From a virus, in the IMG/VR virus record IMGVR_UViG_3300035701_000001: a stretch of 64,000 nucleotides of DNA. One strand, 5' to 3'. Positions within the stretch are counted from its first letter, which is position 1, and each line of letters begins with the position of its first letter. Made by a program: the position numbers and the translations under genes. Under the pieces are notes generated by a model. That model did not search any database, was not told the origin of the DNA, and saw only the letters and a program-made list of their open reading frames with translations. Of this stretch, positions 1 to 8,744 are shown piece after piece.

Positions 1-162
1 ATGGGGTATACTTCTTTTCAGCCAGGGGATCGGGTCAAGATTCTGCGTAAAAAGTGGTTCAAGGATATGATCAACGTACCTTTTGACTGGTCTGATCAGA
101 TGATTCTCCAGATTCTGGAAGCCTACGTCCACTTTGTTCCAGAAAAGAAGGACCGGGTATGA
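1..162 (+). CDS. small hypothetical protein (may extend beyond window start)
   Basis: Open frame MGYTSFQPGDRVKILRKK...KDRV* whose TGA overlaps the next ATG (ATGA). Confidence 0.5.
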   Translation: MGYTSFQPGDRVKILRKKWFKDMINVPFDWSDQMILQILEAYVHFVPEKKDRV

Positions 163-665
163 TCCTCATTTCCTGCCTGGCAATCTTCGGTGCGATGGCC
201 CTTGACGAGCCTGAGCACTTGCCCGTTCGATTCACCGTGCCTTTGCGGGACAAGGATCTGCAAGATCTCCTGTCTCTGGCCAATGTCCGCATCGAGGATC
301 TGTCGAAGGTTCCTCCAGAAGCAAAGCCGAATCTGGTACGGCTGGGTCTCTCGGCACTCATCCTTCTCTACCGTAGGAAGGAACTTGCCTATTTCGCGAA
401 AGACGCCGTACAGTGGACGGCGTTCTGGGCGGTCGTCATCCAGAGATATGGCCTGCGGGAGGCCGCAGCCGCCGCCCTGGCTTCTGCCGATGGTCCGATC
501 CCCGTCATGGACCTGATTGCCGTGGGTCTCACCCTGTGGACGATCCTCGACATCCTGTATGCGTGGGACGACCTGTGGAATCTGGTCGAGCCTAGTCTTG
601 TGGAAGATTCCCGACCGAGAACACGAACTCCAGGTCCTGCCGCGTCTCGCCCTGGTTCACCGTGA
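159..665 (+). CDS. hypothetical protein with N-terminal hydrophobic segment and an AAALASADGPIPVMD hydrophobic hairpin
   Basis: 168 aa ORF, ATGA-coupled to upstream ORF. Confidence 0.6.
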   Translation: MILISCLAIFGAMALDEPEHLPVRFTVPLRDKDLQDLLSLANVRIEDLSKVPPEAKPNLVRLGLSALILLYRRKELAYFAKDAVQWTAFWAVVIQRYGLREAAAAALASADGPIPVMDLIAVGLTLWTILDILYAWDDLWNLVEPSLVEDSRPRTRTPGPAASRPGSP

Positions 666-957
666 CCGAAACCCCGTAGAGACCGCAGATCCGAAGGATT
701 TCGCTGGCAATTCGCTCCATGAGGTCGAGGGGATTGTCGGTTTTCACGGTGACGGAGGCATACCGATTCCCTTCTCGGGTCGAACCGAAGCGGACATCCA
801 CATCCACGAGTCCGAGGATGACCTCCAGAAATCCCTGCAGTTGTCTTGCAGCGGTGTCGATGGCCTGGTTGGTCCGACTCATGGGAGGAGCCCCGTAGCG
901 AGCTTGGGGAGCGAGCAGGAGTTTTTGCAGGTACGGGTCGATCATCGGAGGCTCCAT
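592..957 (-). CDS. hypothetical protein
   Basis: 121 aa ORF, AGGAGG upstream, follows stop of 972..1514. Confidence 0.6.
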   Translation of the reverse strand: MEPPMIDPYLQKLLLAPQARYGAPPMSRTNQAIDTAARQLQGFLEVILGLVDVDVRFGSTREGNRYASVTVKTDNPLDLMERIASEILRICGLYGVSVTVNQGETRQDLEFVFSVGNLPQD

Positions 958-971
958 AGCTTTCTATCCTC

Positions 972-1514
972 CTAACCCTGGGAGTCCTCCTTGGCCTCTG
1001 AGTGTTCTTCGCGCAACTGCTTCATTCGTTCCCACATCTCTTGATCACTTGGCAGGTACGAGGAGACGTACGTGGTTGCGAATCCGCATCCGAAGACACC
1101 CTGTAGATTGGCGCGGACAGTTGGGACTGAGATGTCCAACAGTTTCCACCAGGCGACCAGACGGATGTTGGGCAGGATCAGCACGATGTTCCATTCCGGG
1201 GACATGACTTCGATCCGGAGGGCAGTTCCGAGGTCTTCCATCACGCGAGCCACGAGGGCTCCCTCTCGCTCGGCCAGGATCATCCAGAACTGGTTGGTCC
1301 TCGCGGAAGCCCCGAGTTCCTGTCGTTCTTTCGTCATCCAGATGGGGGTCGAGGGCTGTTCTCTGTCCACCCGGTGCGCGAGATGGGTTGCCAGGATCTC
1401 GTTGACGAGAGCACTGACGCTCTTCTTCTTGCGTGCATGGGCTTCCATCGTGAGATCGTCGATGAGATCCTTCCGGACACGGACGATGAGGCTGGACGAT
1501 TCGGTGGAACGCAT
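972..1514 (-). CDS. putative DNA-binding protein with N-terminal ribbon-helix-helix-like motif
   Basis: LIVRVRKDLIDDLTMEAHARKKKSVSALVNEILATHL fits the RHH beta-helix-helix pattern; start chosen at MRSTES. Confidence 0.55.
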   Translation of the reverse strand: MRSTESSSLIVRVRKDLIDDLTMEAHARKKKSVSALVNEILATHLAHRVDREQPSTPIWMTKERQELGASARTNQFWMILAEREGALVARVMEDLGTALRIEVMSPEWNIVLILPNIRLVAWWKLLDISVPTVRANLQGVFGCGFATTYVSSYLPSDQEMWERMKQLREEHSEAKEDSQG

Positions 1515-1610
1515 AGGGACTCCCGTTTGAATCCAGCCTATCCTTTCGGTCAAATGTACGCAATTCGCCACAGTTTTGTAAACAAACGTGAACACCTGAA
1601 ATCCATCCAC

Positions 1611-1639
1611 TTGACACAAGATGTGTCATCTGTTAGAAT
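1611..1639 (+). promoter_or_regulatory. sigma70-type promoter with overlapping palindromic operator
   Basis: TTGACA(1611)-N17-TAGAAT(1634); perfect palindrome TGACACA-AGA-TGTGTCA at 1612-1628. Confidence 0.75.
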
Positions 1640-1657
1640 TCAGGGAGGAGTGGTTTC

Positions 1658-2653
1658 ATGAAAATTCCAGATTCCGACGAAGTACTCAGATACCTCAGTC
1701 GATTTCCGAACTCGGTTCTCGCGGCAGCCCATGCACTGGCGGATGCCTTGGCTGTCCATGAAGGACGTCGGATTCACATTGACCGTTGGCGTCCTGTCGT
1801 CGGGGCTGTTCTCGAAAAGAAGCGGGTTCGAGACGAGCCGTTCGAGGCTGTTTTGAAAGTCGGTCAGGAGGCAGGGCTCTTCCAGATTGACCGAGAGAGT
1901 GGAGCCTATCCGTTCTTTGTCTTGCCCGAAGCGGATCCCGTGGTTCCCATCGAGGAACAGGTGGATGAGGTCGTCCTTCCGACCCCCGAGGAAGTCAAAG
2001 CCTTTCTCGACGTCCATCCAAATCCCTACGAGGCGGCAGCCCTGGCACTTCACCAGGCGGTTCGCCGGTATACGGGACGAAGGCTTCACATCGACCGCTG
2101 GCGGCCTGTTGTCGGGACCGTGCTCGGGCGCAAGCAGGTTCGGGATGTGGTCTACGATCCCGTGTTGCAGACTGCCGAGCGCATGGGTCTCTTGACGGTT
2201 GACCGGGAGAGCGGGGCCTATCCGTTTTTTGTCTGGCACATGCCTCCCTTGGAGCGCGAGGTCCAAGAATCTGGAGAGGAGTCTGAGGAGCCCGAGGATC
2301 CCTTCGACGAGGAATGGGAACGCCATGTCCATTGCTCCGAAGATCCCCAGCTTGTCCTTTCTCCTTCTCCGTTCGGACCGGAGCCTCCGGCTCCCTGGAA
2401 CTACCCGGACTACATGCCCTGTGGGCATTTGAACTTCACGTGTACCGAGACCGAATGCCGTCGTCCGAAGAACCAGCCGAACTACCGGTTCCTTTCCGGG
2501 GTGTACCGGGTCCCGGTCCCTGTGTTCCTCCGCCAGACGAAGGAGAAGATCACCCAGGGAGGATTCATCGGCCTTGTCGTCGATGAAGACGGCTACTACT
2601 GCGGGGGAGAATTCAACCAGTCTCCGAAACGGAGGAAGCGGAGGGCCCCATGA
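1658..2653 (+). CDS. hypothetical protein with two tandem ~90 aa repeats and Cys/His-containing C-terminus
   Basis: GRR(I/L)HIDRWRPVVG.VL...DRESGAYPFFV occurs twice; GGAGG RBS. Confidence 0.8.
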   Translation: MKIPDSDEVLRYLSRFPNSVLAAAHALADALAVHEGRRIHIDRWRPVVGAVLEKKRVRDEPFEAVLKVGQEAGLFQIDRESGAYPFFVLPEADPVVPIEEQVDEVVLPTPEEVKAFLDVHPNPYEAAALALHQAVRRYTGRRLHIDRWRPVVGTVLGRKQVRDVVYDPVLQTAERMGLLTVDRESGAYPFFVWHMPPLEREVQESGEESEEPEDPFDEEWERHVHCSEDPQLVLSPSPFGPEPPAPWNYPDYMPCGHLNFTCTETECRRPKNQPNYRFLSGVYRVPVPVFLRQTKEKITQGGFIGLVVDEDGYYCGGEFNQSPKRRKRRAP

Positions 2654-3162
2654 ATGTCCTCGTCTATCACGCGGATCGAAAGGAAGAAGGTCTCTGCTCC
2701 TGGCCGGTTGGATACACGGTCGTTGCACGGGTGCACTGCGGAATTCTCGCGGAAGCCGTGTTGGCAACCCAGAACGGGGATCAGAAGTGGTTCGAGCGGA
2801 CTTCGCTCGGGGATGTGCGGTGCGAACGGCTCCAGTCTTCGCCGATGCGCTCTACGCTCGTGGGAGACGTGTTTCTCATCGAGGAACAGAATCATGGGAA
2901 AGAAGAGGTCTCGATTCACCAGTTGAAGGCTGGAATGCGATTCGATGTCCACCAGGTTCGTCTTCCGAGTGGATATATCATGGAAAAGTTTGTTTCAAAG
3001 CATCTTTGTTCCAAGTCCAACCCTTCCGGACATCCAGGAGCAGGGCCCCGAGGTGAGTTCGAAGAACGGCGTTTGCTGTCGATTCTCCTTTCTCGTCTCA
3101 AAACCCTCGATGATCCGCGTGTCAACGAGATTCTGTGCTCGTTGGGAATCAAAGTATCCTGA
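2650..3162 (+). CDS. hypothetical protein, YodL-like motif
   Basis: MRSTLVGDVF resembles the YodL RSxSVGDV motif; ATGA-coupled. Confidence 0.55.
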   Translation: MNVLVYHADRKEEGLCSWPVGYTVVARVHCGILAEAVLATQNGDQKWFERTSLGDVRCERLQSSPMRSTLVGDVFLIEEQNHGKEEVSIHQLKAGMRFDVHQVRLPSGYIMEKFVSKHLCSKSNPSGHPGAGPRGEFEERRLLSILLSRLKTLDDPRVNEILCSLGIKVS

Positions 3163-3192
3163 CGGTTTTTTTCAATTTTTGTATTTTTGTTG

Positions 3193-3221
3193 TCGACACA
3201 CCCGGTGTCAATGGATAGTCT
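3193..3221 (+). promoter_or_regulatory. sigma70-type promoter with operator copy (likely leaderless mRNA)
   Basis: TCGACA-N17-TAGTCT; CGACAC-ACCCG-GTGTCA at 3194-3210; ATG 7 nt after -10. Confidence 0.55.
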
Positions 3222-3227
3222 GTTCTC

Positions 3228-3560
3228 ATGGCAACCCAAGTCGTTCGTCCCCTTTTCGCCCATCCTTCCCGGAGGGCTCCCATGGATCAGTGGCTACTGA
3301 TGTTCCGTGAGGTACAAGGCGCAATCCAGATTGCGTCGGCGGGACCGTTCGACGTTTCGGAAGTTGTTTCTGCCGCAGAGATTGCGTTCGAAGACGGGTA
3401 TGACGGGGTGTTGGCCATGGATCGCAAGCCGGACCTCGGACTGGCCGCACGTCGGGTGGCGGATGGACGCGCACTTGCGGGAATGGAAGGGGTCGTTCGC
3501 CGCTACGTTCCCGAGGAAGATTTGCCTGAGATCGAGAGAAGCCTGGCCAAGGCAGGATAG
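3228..3560 (+). CDS. hypothetical protein
   Basis: 110 aa ORF downstream of promoter. Confidence 0.6.
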   Translation: MATQVVRPLFAHPSRRAPMDQWLLMFREVQGAIQIASAGPFDVSEVVSAAEIAFEDGYDGVLAMDRKPDLGLAARRVADGRALAGMEGVVRRYVPEEDLPEIERSLAKAG

Positions 3561-3578
3561 CCGGTTAGGGGACAGGGG

Positions 3579-3607
3579 TTGACAACTGCACCGTCAACGG
3601 ATACCAT
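3579..3607 (+). promoter_or_regulatory. promoter for tnpA
   Basis: TTGACA(3579)-N17-TACCAT(3602). Confidence 0.6.
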
Positions 3608-3615
3608 TATACTCG

Positions 3616-4185
3616 ATGATGATACGACTTACTGAGTGGGCGACTCGACAAGGGATCGCGTATATCACGGCCTTTCGTTGGTCACAGGCTGGTAAAATCC
3701 CAGGACTGCACAAGTCCGTATCTGGACGGCTTTTTGTCGAGGTCGAGGAGTCAACCGGTAGGGAAACTGTGCTTTACGGTCGTGTTTCGTCTTCCGATCA
3801 AAAAGCAGATCTCGACCGACAGATGGACCGACTTCGAAGTTTTGCCGCAGCGCGCGGAATGATCGTGAATCGCGAGGTGCAAGAGATCGGTTCCGGGTTG
3901 AACGGACATCGAAAAAAACTCATTGGTCTTCTTCGCGATCCCAAAGTTAGTGTGATCGTCGTTGAGCATAGAGACCGATTGGCACGCTTCGGAGTCGAAT
4001 ACATTGAGGCTGCCATAGCTGCACAAGAACGGAACATTCTTGTCGTAAATGAAGGAGAACAGAAACTCGATCTCGTTCAGGATTTCATCGATGTGGTGAC
4101 TTCAATGTGTAGCCGTATTTACGGTCGACGTGCTGCATTGAACAGAGCAAAGGCTGCACTGGCTGCAACCAAGGTTATTCCATGA
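3616..4185 (+). CDS. tnpA: IS607-family serine recombinase/transposase
   Basis: N-terminal MerR-like HTH (LTEWATRQGIAYITAFRW), YGRVSSSDQKADLDRQ catalytic motif, VVEHRDRLARFG. Confidence 0.95.
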   Translation: MMIRLTEWATRQGIAYITAFRWSQAGKIPGLHKSVSGRLFVEVEESTGRETVLYGRVSSSDQKADLDRQMDRLRSFAAARGMIVNREVQEIGSGLNGHRKKLIGLLRDPKVSVIVVEHRDRLARFGVEYIEAAIAAQERNILVVNEGEQKLDLVQDFIDVVTSMCSRIYGRRAALNRAKAALAATKVIP

Positions 4186-5507
4186 TTCTCGCCCGTAGTT
4201 CCACTCTTCGTCCATCTTCCGAACAGGCCCGTGCCTTCGGTCGGGCGTGTGGAACGGCCAGGTGGGCGTGGAACTGGGGTCTCGCCAAGAAGCAGGAAGC
4301 GTGGAAGATCCGAAAAGCCGCCATCGAATCCGGAATCAAACCGTCTGACGCTCCGAAGGTGCCAACGGCCATTGACCTACATCGGGATCTGGTAAGATTC
4401 AAAAAGCTTCCCGTCGAGGAAGGTGGCGTCCCATGGATGTACGAAGTCTCGAAATGTGCTCCGCAAGAGGCTCTTAGAGACCTTGACGTAGCATTCGAGA
4501 ACTTCTTCAGACGGTTGAAGTGTGGAGAAACGCCAGGATACCCAAGATTCAAATCGCGTTTTCGTGATCCTGGACACTTTCGGCTTACGGGTGCTATCTC
4601 AGTCAAAAATGGACGGATTCGTCTCCCTCGGATCGGGGCTGTACGGTTCATGCCTGGAGATCGGAGCTACTTTTCTGACGGTGCCTTCGGTAGTGTCAGT
4701 ATCGTAGAAGACCATGGTCGCTGGTGTGTCTCCGTGAGGACGAACATTTTCGAGGCTCCTGTGGACAACACGCGGCCTACTGTTGGAATCGATGTGGGTG
4801 TTCGAGAACTCGCTCATCTCTCCGATGGAACCGTGATTCCGAATCCGCAGGCGCTGGACAGTGAGAACAGGCGACTCCGCAGGGCCAGGCTGACAATTGC
4901 CAGAAAGCAGCGTGCTGCTGATAAGCGATTTGGAAAGAGGAAGAAAGGAGAACGTCGTATCGAGTCAAAGCGACTGCAACGAGCCAGGAAAATCCATGCC
5001 CGTCTTGCTCGTCGTGTTACAGATCTCCGTGCGGATGCTCTTCACAAGTCAACGACATGGATTGCGAAGACGTACAGCACCGTCGTAGTCGAAGACCTTC
5101 ACGGGAAGAACATGACCCGTACCAGGAAAGGTAAAGGTCGAGCCTCGAAGGCCGGTCTGAATCGGTCGATTCTCGACAGCGGAATGCTACGTATTCGGCC
5201 TATTTTGGCTTACAAGATGCCGTTGTACGGTGGCTGGTTGGTTGCGGTTCCGGCAGCGGGGACGTCGCGTCGATGTTCTCGTTGTGGAGCGTACAACGAT
5301 CCAGGTTCCTCGAAAATTTACAAGTGCGAATCCTGCAAACTCGTCATTGATCGAGACGAGAATGCTTCGCTCAATATTCATGCCGCTGCGAGTTGCACAG
5401 TGGCCTCGACAGAAATGTCGGGATGTCGTGGAGCGGTTGTAAGACCCAAGGCGAAAGCCGGACGGCAGGCTGCTTTGATCCGACAGTTGGAGCCTGATCA
5501 TGTTTGA
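4182..5507 (+). CDS. tnpB: RNA-guided endonuclease TnpB, catalytically intact
   Basis: RuvC-I VGIDVG, RuvC-II VVVEDL, Zn finger CSRCG/CESC, RuvC-III DRDENAS; ATGA-coupled to tnpA. Confidence 0.95.
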   Translation: MILARSSTLRPSSEQARAFGRACGTARWAWNWGLAKKQEAWKIRKAAIESGIKPSDAPKVPTAIDLHRDLVRFKKLPVEEGGVPWMYEVSKCAPQEALRDLDVAFENFFRRLKCGETPGYPRFKSRFRDPGHFRLTGAISVKNGRIRLPRIGAVRFMPGDRSYFSDGAFGSVSIVEDHGRWCVSVRTNIFEAPVDNTRPTVGIDVGVRELAHLSDGTVIPNPQALDSENRRLRRARLTIARKQRAADKRFGKRKKGERRIESKRLQRARKIHARLARRVTDLRADALHKSTTWIAKTYSTVVVEDLHGKNMTRTRKGKGRASKAGLNRSILDSGMLRIRPILAYKMPLYGGWLVAVPAAGTSRRCSRCGAYNDPGSSKIYKCESCKLVIDRDENASLNIHAAASCTVASTEMSGCRGAVVRPKAKAGRQAALIRQLEPDHV

Positions 5508-5700
5508 TCATGTTCCGAGCAACGGACGTACCTGTTGCTTCTGCTCGATTTGGGCCGTCGCAAAAACCAGCCCATCGCTGTCGAACCCGATGGATGGACC
5601 TGGACACTGCTTTTCCCGGTCATTCCTCATACGGTGTATGACCCCCATCCGGTCGAGGCGCTCGTACGGGCATTCGAAGAAACGATACAGGACTCTGTCC

Positions 5701-6207
5701 ATGGATGAACCGAAGCCGATCCGCCGCATCGTGTTCCTGGACATCGACGGGGTCTTGAACTCCCGAGAGGTCTTCGAACGAATCTGCACGCAGATGCCCG
5801 AGATCCGTCGGAAGGGTCGGTTCGAGTACGACGTGGCTCAGTTGGACGAGGTGATGGTGGGCCGACTGAACCGGATTCTCGAACGAACGGGAGCCGAGGT
5901 CGTGCTTTCCAGCACCTGGCGCAAGCTGCACCTCGTTCACGAGGTGCAGGCCATGCTGGAATGCAAGGGATTCACGGGTCGGATCCTCAGCCAGACTCCC
6001 GTGATGAACACCTTGCGGGGCCATGAGATCGAGCGGTGGCTTCAGAAGAATGCTCCCTCGGCCTCCTACGTCATCCTGGACGACGATTCGGACATGGAGG
6101 GGTGTTTGGACAGGCTCGTGCAGACTTCCTGCCGTACGGGGCTGCAGGACGAGCACGTCGAAAGGGCAGTGGCCTTGCTGATGGAATCGTCGGGAGTCGA
6201 TTCCTAG
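5701..6207 (+). CDS. HAD-superfamily phosphatase (HAD_SAK_2 / RNA-repair-associated type)
   Basis: FLDIDGVLNS, LSSTWR, RGHEIERWL, YVILDDDSDM motifs. Confidence 0.85.
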   Translation: MDEPKPIRRIVFLDIDGVLNSREVFERICTQMPEIRRKGRFEYDVAQLDEVMVGRLNRILERTGAEVVLSSTWRKLHLVHEVQAMLECKGFTGRILSQTPVMNTLRGHEIERWLQKNAPSASYVILDDDSDMEGCLDRLVQTSCRTGLQDEHVERAVALLMESSGVDS

Positions 6208-6212
6208 AACGT

Positions 6213-6340
6213 GGAGTACGACCCGAACCTTCGTACTCTTTGTGTCCTTCGTGGTGGTCCTGTCGTTCTTTTTCACCGTTGAGGACGCGGAGATCGCGGA
6301 GTATGACCCGATCCTCCGCGTTCTCTGTGTTCTTTATGGT
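6213..6340 (-). repeat. dispersed palindromic repeat with 9-bp periodicity, copy 1
   Basis: Contains CTCCGCGATCTCCGCGTCCTC and ACCACGAAGGACAC modules also at 36.8, 42.6, 43.7 and 56.6 kb. Confidence 0.8.
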
Positions 6341-6344
6341 AAGG

Positions 6345-7052
6345 CTACCTTGCGCGGGGTGCGTGCTTCTTCTTCGTCACGAGCCCCTTCTTGTTCGAGC
6401 GCAGTTCGAGGTCGATCGGGCAGCCTTCCTTGTGGCCTTTCTCCTGTTTGGCCCCACAGGCTCCGCAGCGTCCATTCACCCATTCGAGGTTCTCCAAGAG
6501 TTCCTTGCGGCGCACGGCGTGGCTCTTGACCTTTGGCTTGATACGGCGGGGCGGGCCGTACTTGTTCAACTGGTTTGCGGCACTCATGAGTTCGGAGCGC
6601 ACGAAGCTCATGGCGATCTCGCCCTTCGCGTTCTTCGGCCATTCGATCTGGTCGATGAGCGTCGAGATGCGGATGAGCGCTGCCACCATCTGGCCGCAGA
6701 GCGCATGGTGTTCCGGGATGCGGCCCTTGGCTGCCACAGGGACGGGCTCCCCGCAGAACGAACACGTGATGCGCCTCGGGCGGCCTTTGGGCCAATAGGT
6801 TTCCGTCGGAAGGATCTCCGTCGGAAGGATCTCCGTCGGAAGGATCTCCGTCGGAAGGATCTCCGTCGGAAGGGTCTCCGTCGGGAGGGTCTCCGTCGGG
6901 AGGGTTTTCGTCGGGATGGTTTCCGTCGAGGGGGTCTCCGTCGAGGGGCTCTCGGTGGAGGGGCTCTCGGTGGAGGGGCTCTCGGTGGAGGGGCTCTCGG
7001 TGGAAGAAGCAAGGAAAACCGGGGTAGGCTCGGTCTGGGGGGTGGGGGTCAT
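6345..7052 (-). CDS. hypothetical protein with pentapeptide (TESPS/TEILP) repeat tract and C-terminal Cys/His Zn-binding motifs
   Basis: GGAGAGAGG RBS before ATG at 7052; CSFCG..HHALC and CGACG..HKEGC. Confidence 0.75.
   Translation of the reverse strand: MTPTPQTEPTPVFLASSTESPSTESPSTESPSTESPSTETPSTETIPTKTLPTETLPTETLPTEILPTEILPTEILPTEILPTETYWPKGRPRRITCSFCGEPVPVAAKGRIPEHHALCGQMVAALIRISTLIDQIEWPKNAKGEIAMSFVRSELMSAANQLNKYGPPRRIKPKVKSHAVRRKELLENLEWVNGRCGACGAKQEKGHKEGCPIDLELRSNKKGLVTKKKHAPRAR
6801..7004. repeat. 15-bp coding tandem repeat (~14 units)
   Basis: CTCCGTCGGAAGGAT / CTCGGTGGAGGGGCT units. Confidence 0.9.
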
Positions 7053-7117
7053 GTCCTCTCTCCATTTCTCATGAGGAATGTATCTGGAGAGAGCATATGC
7101 CACGACCGTGAACATGT

Positions 7118-7134
7118 CGACACTTTTTGTGGCA
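7118..7134 (-). promoter_or_regulatory. operator copy overlapping TTGCCA -35 box
   Basis: minus strand TGCCAC-AAAAA-GTGTCG upstream of gene 7052. Confidence 0.45.
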
Positions 7135-7153
7135 AAATGTTCAGACACGCGTT

Positions 7154-7894
7154 TTATGGCTTGTAGCGCGGATCTCCGGGTTCGAGGTTCTTTGTCCAGC
7201 CGGGGAAGAAGGTGTCCAGCATCTCCTCGATGGTTCCGAAGGAGAGGGGGATCATCGTCTCGCTGTAGCCTGAATGGCTTGCGGTCTCGGGGATGGTCCG
7301 GCCCCAGGACAACAGGACATTCCCCATGGGTTTTCCCGGTGCGACATGACGGGAGAAGGTTCCTCTCCAGCACAGGTAGGGCTGTTCCGGTTCACAGTCC
7401 TTCCACATGTCGACCAGGCGCTGGACGAGGTGGACCGGCTGGATACGGAGGAGGAGTTCCCATTCGAAGCGCCGAGCATACCGGATGCACAAGCTCCAGT
7501 ATTCCTCATAGACAGGTCGTGTCCGTTCTTTGGTCTTGAACAACCCCCAAGCCGGGGAGGCCTTGTCGTTCATGTCGATGGCACGAGGAATCGACAGGGG
7601 GCGAATCCGACCGGACCCGAACGCGTAGCAGGGAGACCAGGACTCGGGTACCGAAAAATACTCGGGAATGGGAAGGGTTGGGTCTTGCTGGTAGGGGAGC
7701 ATCCGGCTGCGGATCTGGAGGAGCATGGGCTTGGTCACGAACCAGATGCCGAGTTCGAATCCCATGGCGAACATCCCGAAGGGAACGGGGATCCCCTCAG
7801 GAAGATCGTTGAGTGGTCGGATCGTTGGATCTTTCTGTGGAGTCTCGGAGGCGAGCGCGAGACCCAGCGTCAGCAAGGACAGGGTTCCGATCAT
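7154..7894 (-). CDS. putative secreted hypothetical protein
   Basis: N-terminal MIGTLSLLTLGLALA-S signal-like sequence; 246 aa. Confidence 0.7.
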   Translation of the reverse strand: MIGTLSLLTLGLALASETPQKDPTIRPLNDLPEGIPVPFGMFAMGFELGIWFVTKPMLLQIRSRMLPYQQDPTLPIPEYFSVPESWSPCYAFGSGRIRPLSIPRAIDMNDKASPAWGLFKTKERTRPVYEEYWSLCIRYARRFEWELLLRIQPVHLVQRLVDMWKDCEPEQPYLCWRGTFSRHVAPGKPMGNVLLSWGRTIPETASHSGYSETMIPLSFGTIEEMLDTFFPGWTKNLEPGDPRYKP

Positions 7895-8673
7895 GGCGGT
7901 GTTTCCGGAAGCAGGAACCAGTCCATGAAGGTGCCCTTTCGGGCAGCGGAATGCCAGTCGAAAGCATCCAGAAATACGACAAGGGGTGCAAAGGAGGGCC
8001 GTGAGCCGAACTCTGATGGATGTTCATCGAGAAATGCCTTCAAATTCTCGTCCGTCTCGTAGAAATACTCCTTGCATTCCAGGATGTCTCCCCCTATATC
8101 GGAGGGGTTTCCATTGTGGAAGACGATTCCATAGGTATCGAGTTCCGTGGGAATCTGATGGAGCAGTCGTTTCATGAACTGAGCGGGACTCTTCCGGAAA
8201 GGTTTCAGGTCGACCTGCCAAGGATGGAGCGAAACAACAGGAAAATTTCGGACGTCCAGGGGGTCGAGTGGAAAAGAGGGGTCCAGGTCGATGGACCGGA
8301 TGGCGATGGGATCTCCTCCCAGGTAGACGGTTGAAACCCCGAAGCAGGTTTTTCCCCGTTTCCAGGAATTCGATCTGTCGATAGCTCGCTTGGGGTCAAA
8401 GCAATCCCATCCGGTGAGAGACCTTCCTGCCTGTCGAAGGAAAGGAATGGCTTTCTTCCGGGTAAGTTCTGGATGTCCTTTCATGATACCGGAAGGTAGG
8501 AAATCGGATTCAGGTGCTGTTAGGTGTACGAGGAGGGGGTCGATGCGCCCCTCGGGGCCAAGCCGGAAGACGGGGACCCAGATGGAGAGGGTGGAGCGGG
8601 ATGGGGAAGGGGCCGTCGCCGGGTCTGTCCCCAGTGCAACCGAGAGTGTGGCGAAGGCGAGGGGCCAGATCAT
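7891..8673 (-). CDS. putative secreted hypothetical protein
   Basis: Start at MIWPLAFATLSVALG with GAGGA RBS; coupled to 7154..7894. Confidence 0.7.
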   Translation of the reverse strand: MIWPLAFATLSVALGTDPATAPSPSRSTLSIWVPVFRLGPEGRIDPLLVHLTAPESDFLPSGIMKGHPELTRKKAIPFLRQAGRSLTGWDCFDPKRAIDRSNSWKRGKTCFGVSTVYLGGDPIAIRSIDLDPSFPLDPLDVRNFPVVSLHPWQVDLKPFRKSPAQFMKRLLHQIPTELDTYGIVFHNGNPSDIGGDILECKEYFYETDENLKAFLDEHPSEFGSRPSFAPLVVFLDAFDWHSAARKGTFMDWFLLPETPP

Positions 8674-8708
8674 CGGGAGTCCTCGTCTCCTTCCTAACCC
8701 AGGTGATC

Positions 8709-8736
8709 TTGACACAGGATGTGTCGTCGTTACTTT
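8709..8736 (+). promoter_or_regulatory. promoter with operator copy driving atypical tRNA
   Basis: TTGACA(8709)-N16-TACTTT; TGACAC-AGGAT-GTGTCG at 8710-8726. Confidence 0.6.
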
Positions 8737-8744
8737 GTCCATGC

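Larger units (their letters stand above)
3570..5525 (+). mobile_element. IS607-family insertion sequence (left end approximate)
   Basis: tnpA serine recombinase + tnpB; right end has tandem TGATCATGTT repeats and terminates in CAACGG (5520-5525). Confidence 0.85.

Noticed and set aside
5508-5702. Minus-strand ORF apparently truncated by IS607
   Set aside because: Its ATG overlaps the HAD gene ATG head-to-head with no room for promoters; no recognisable motif
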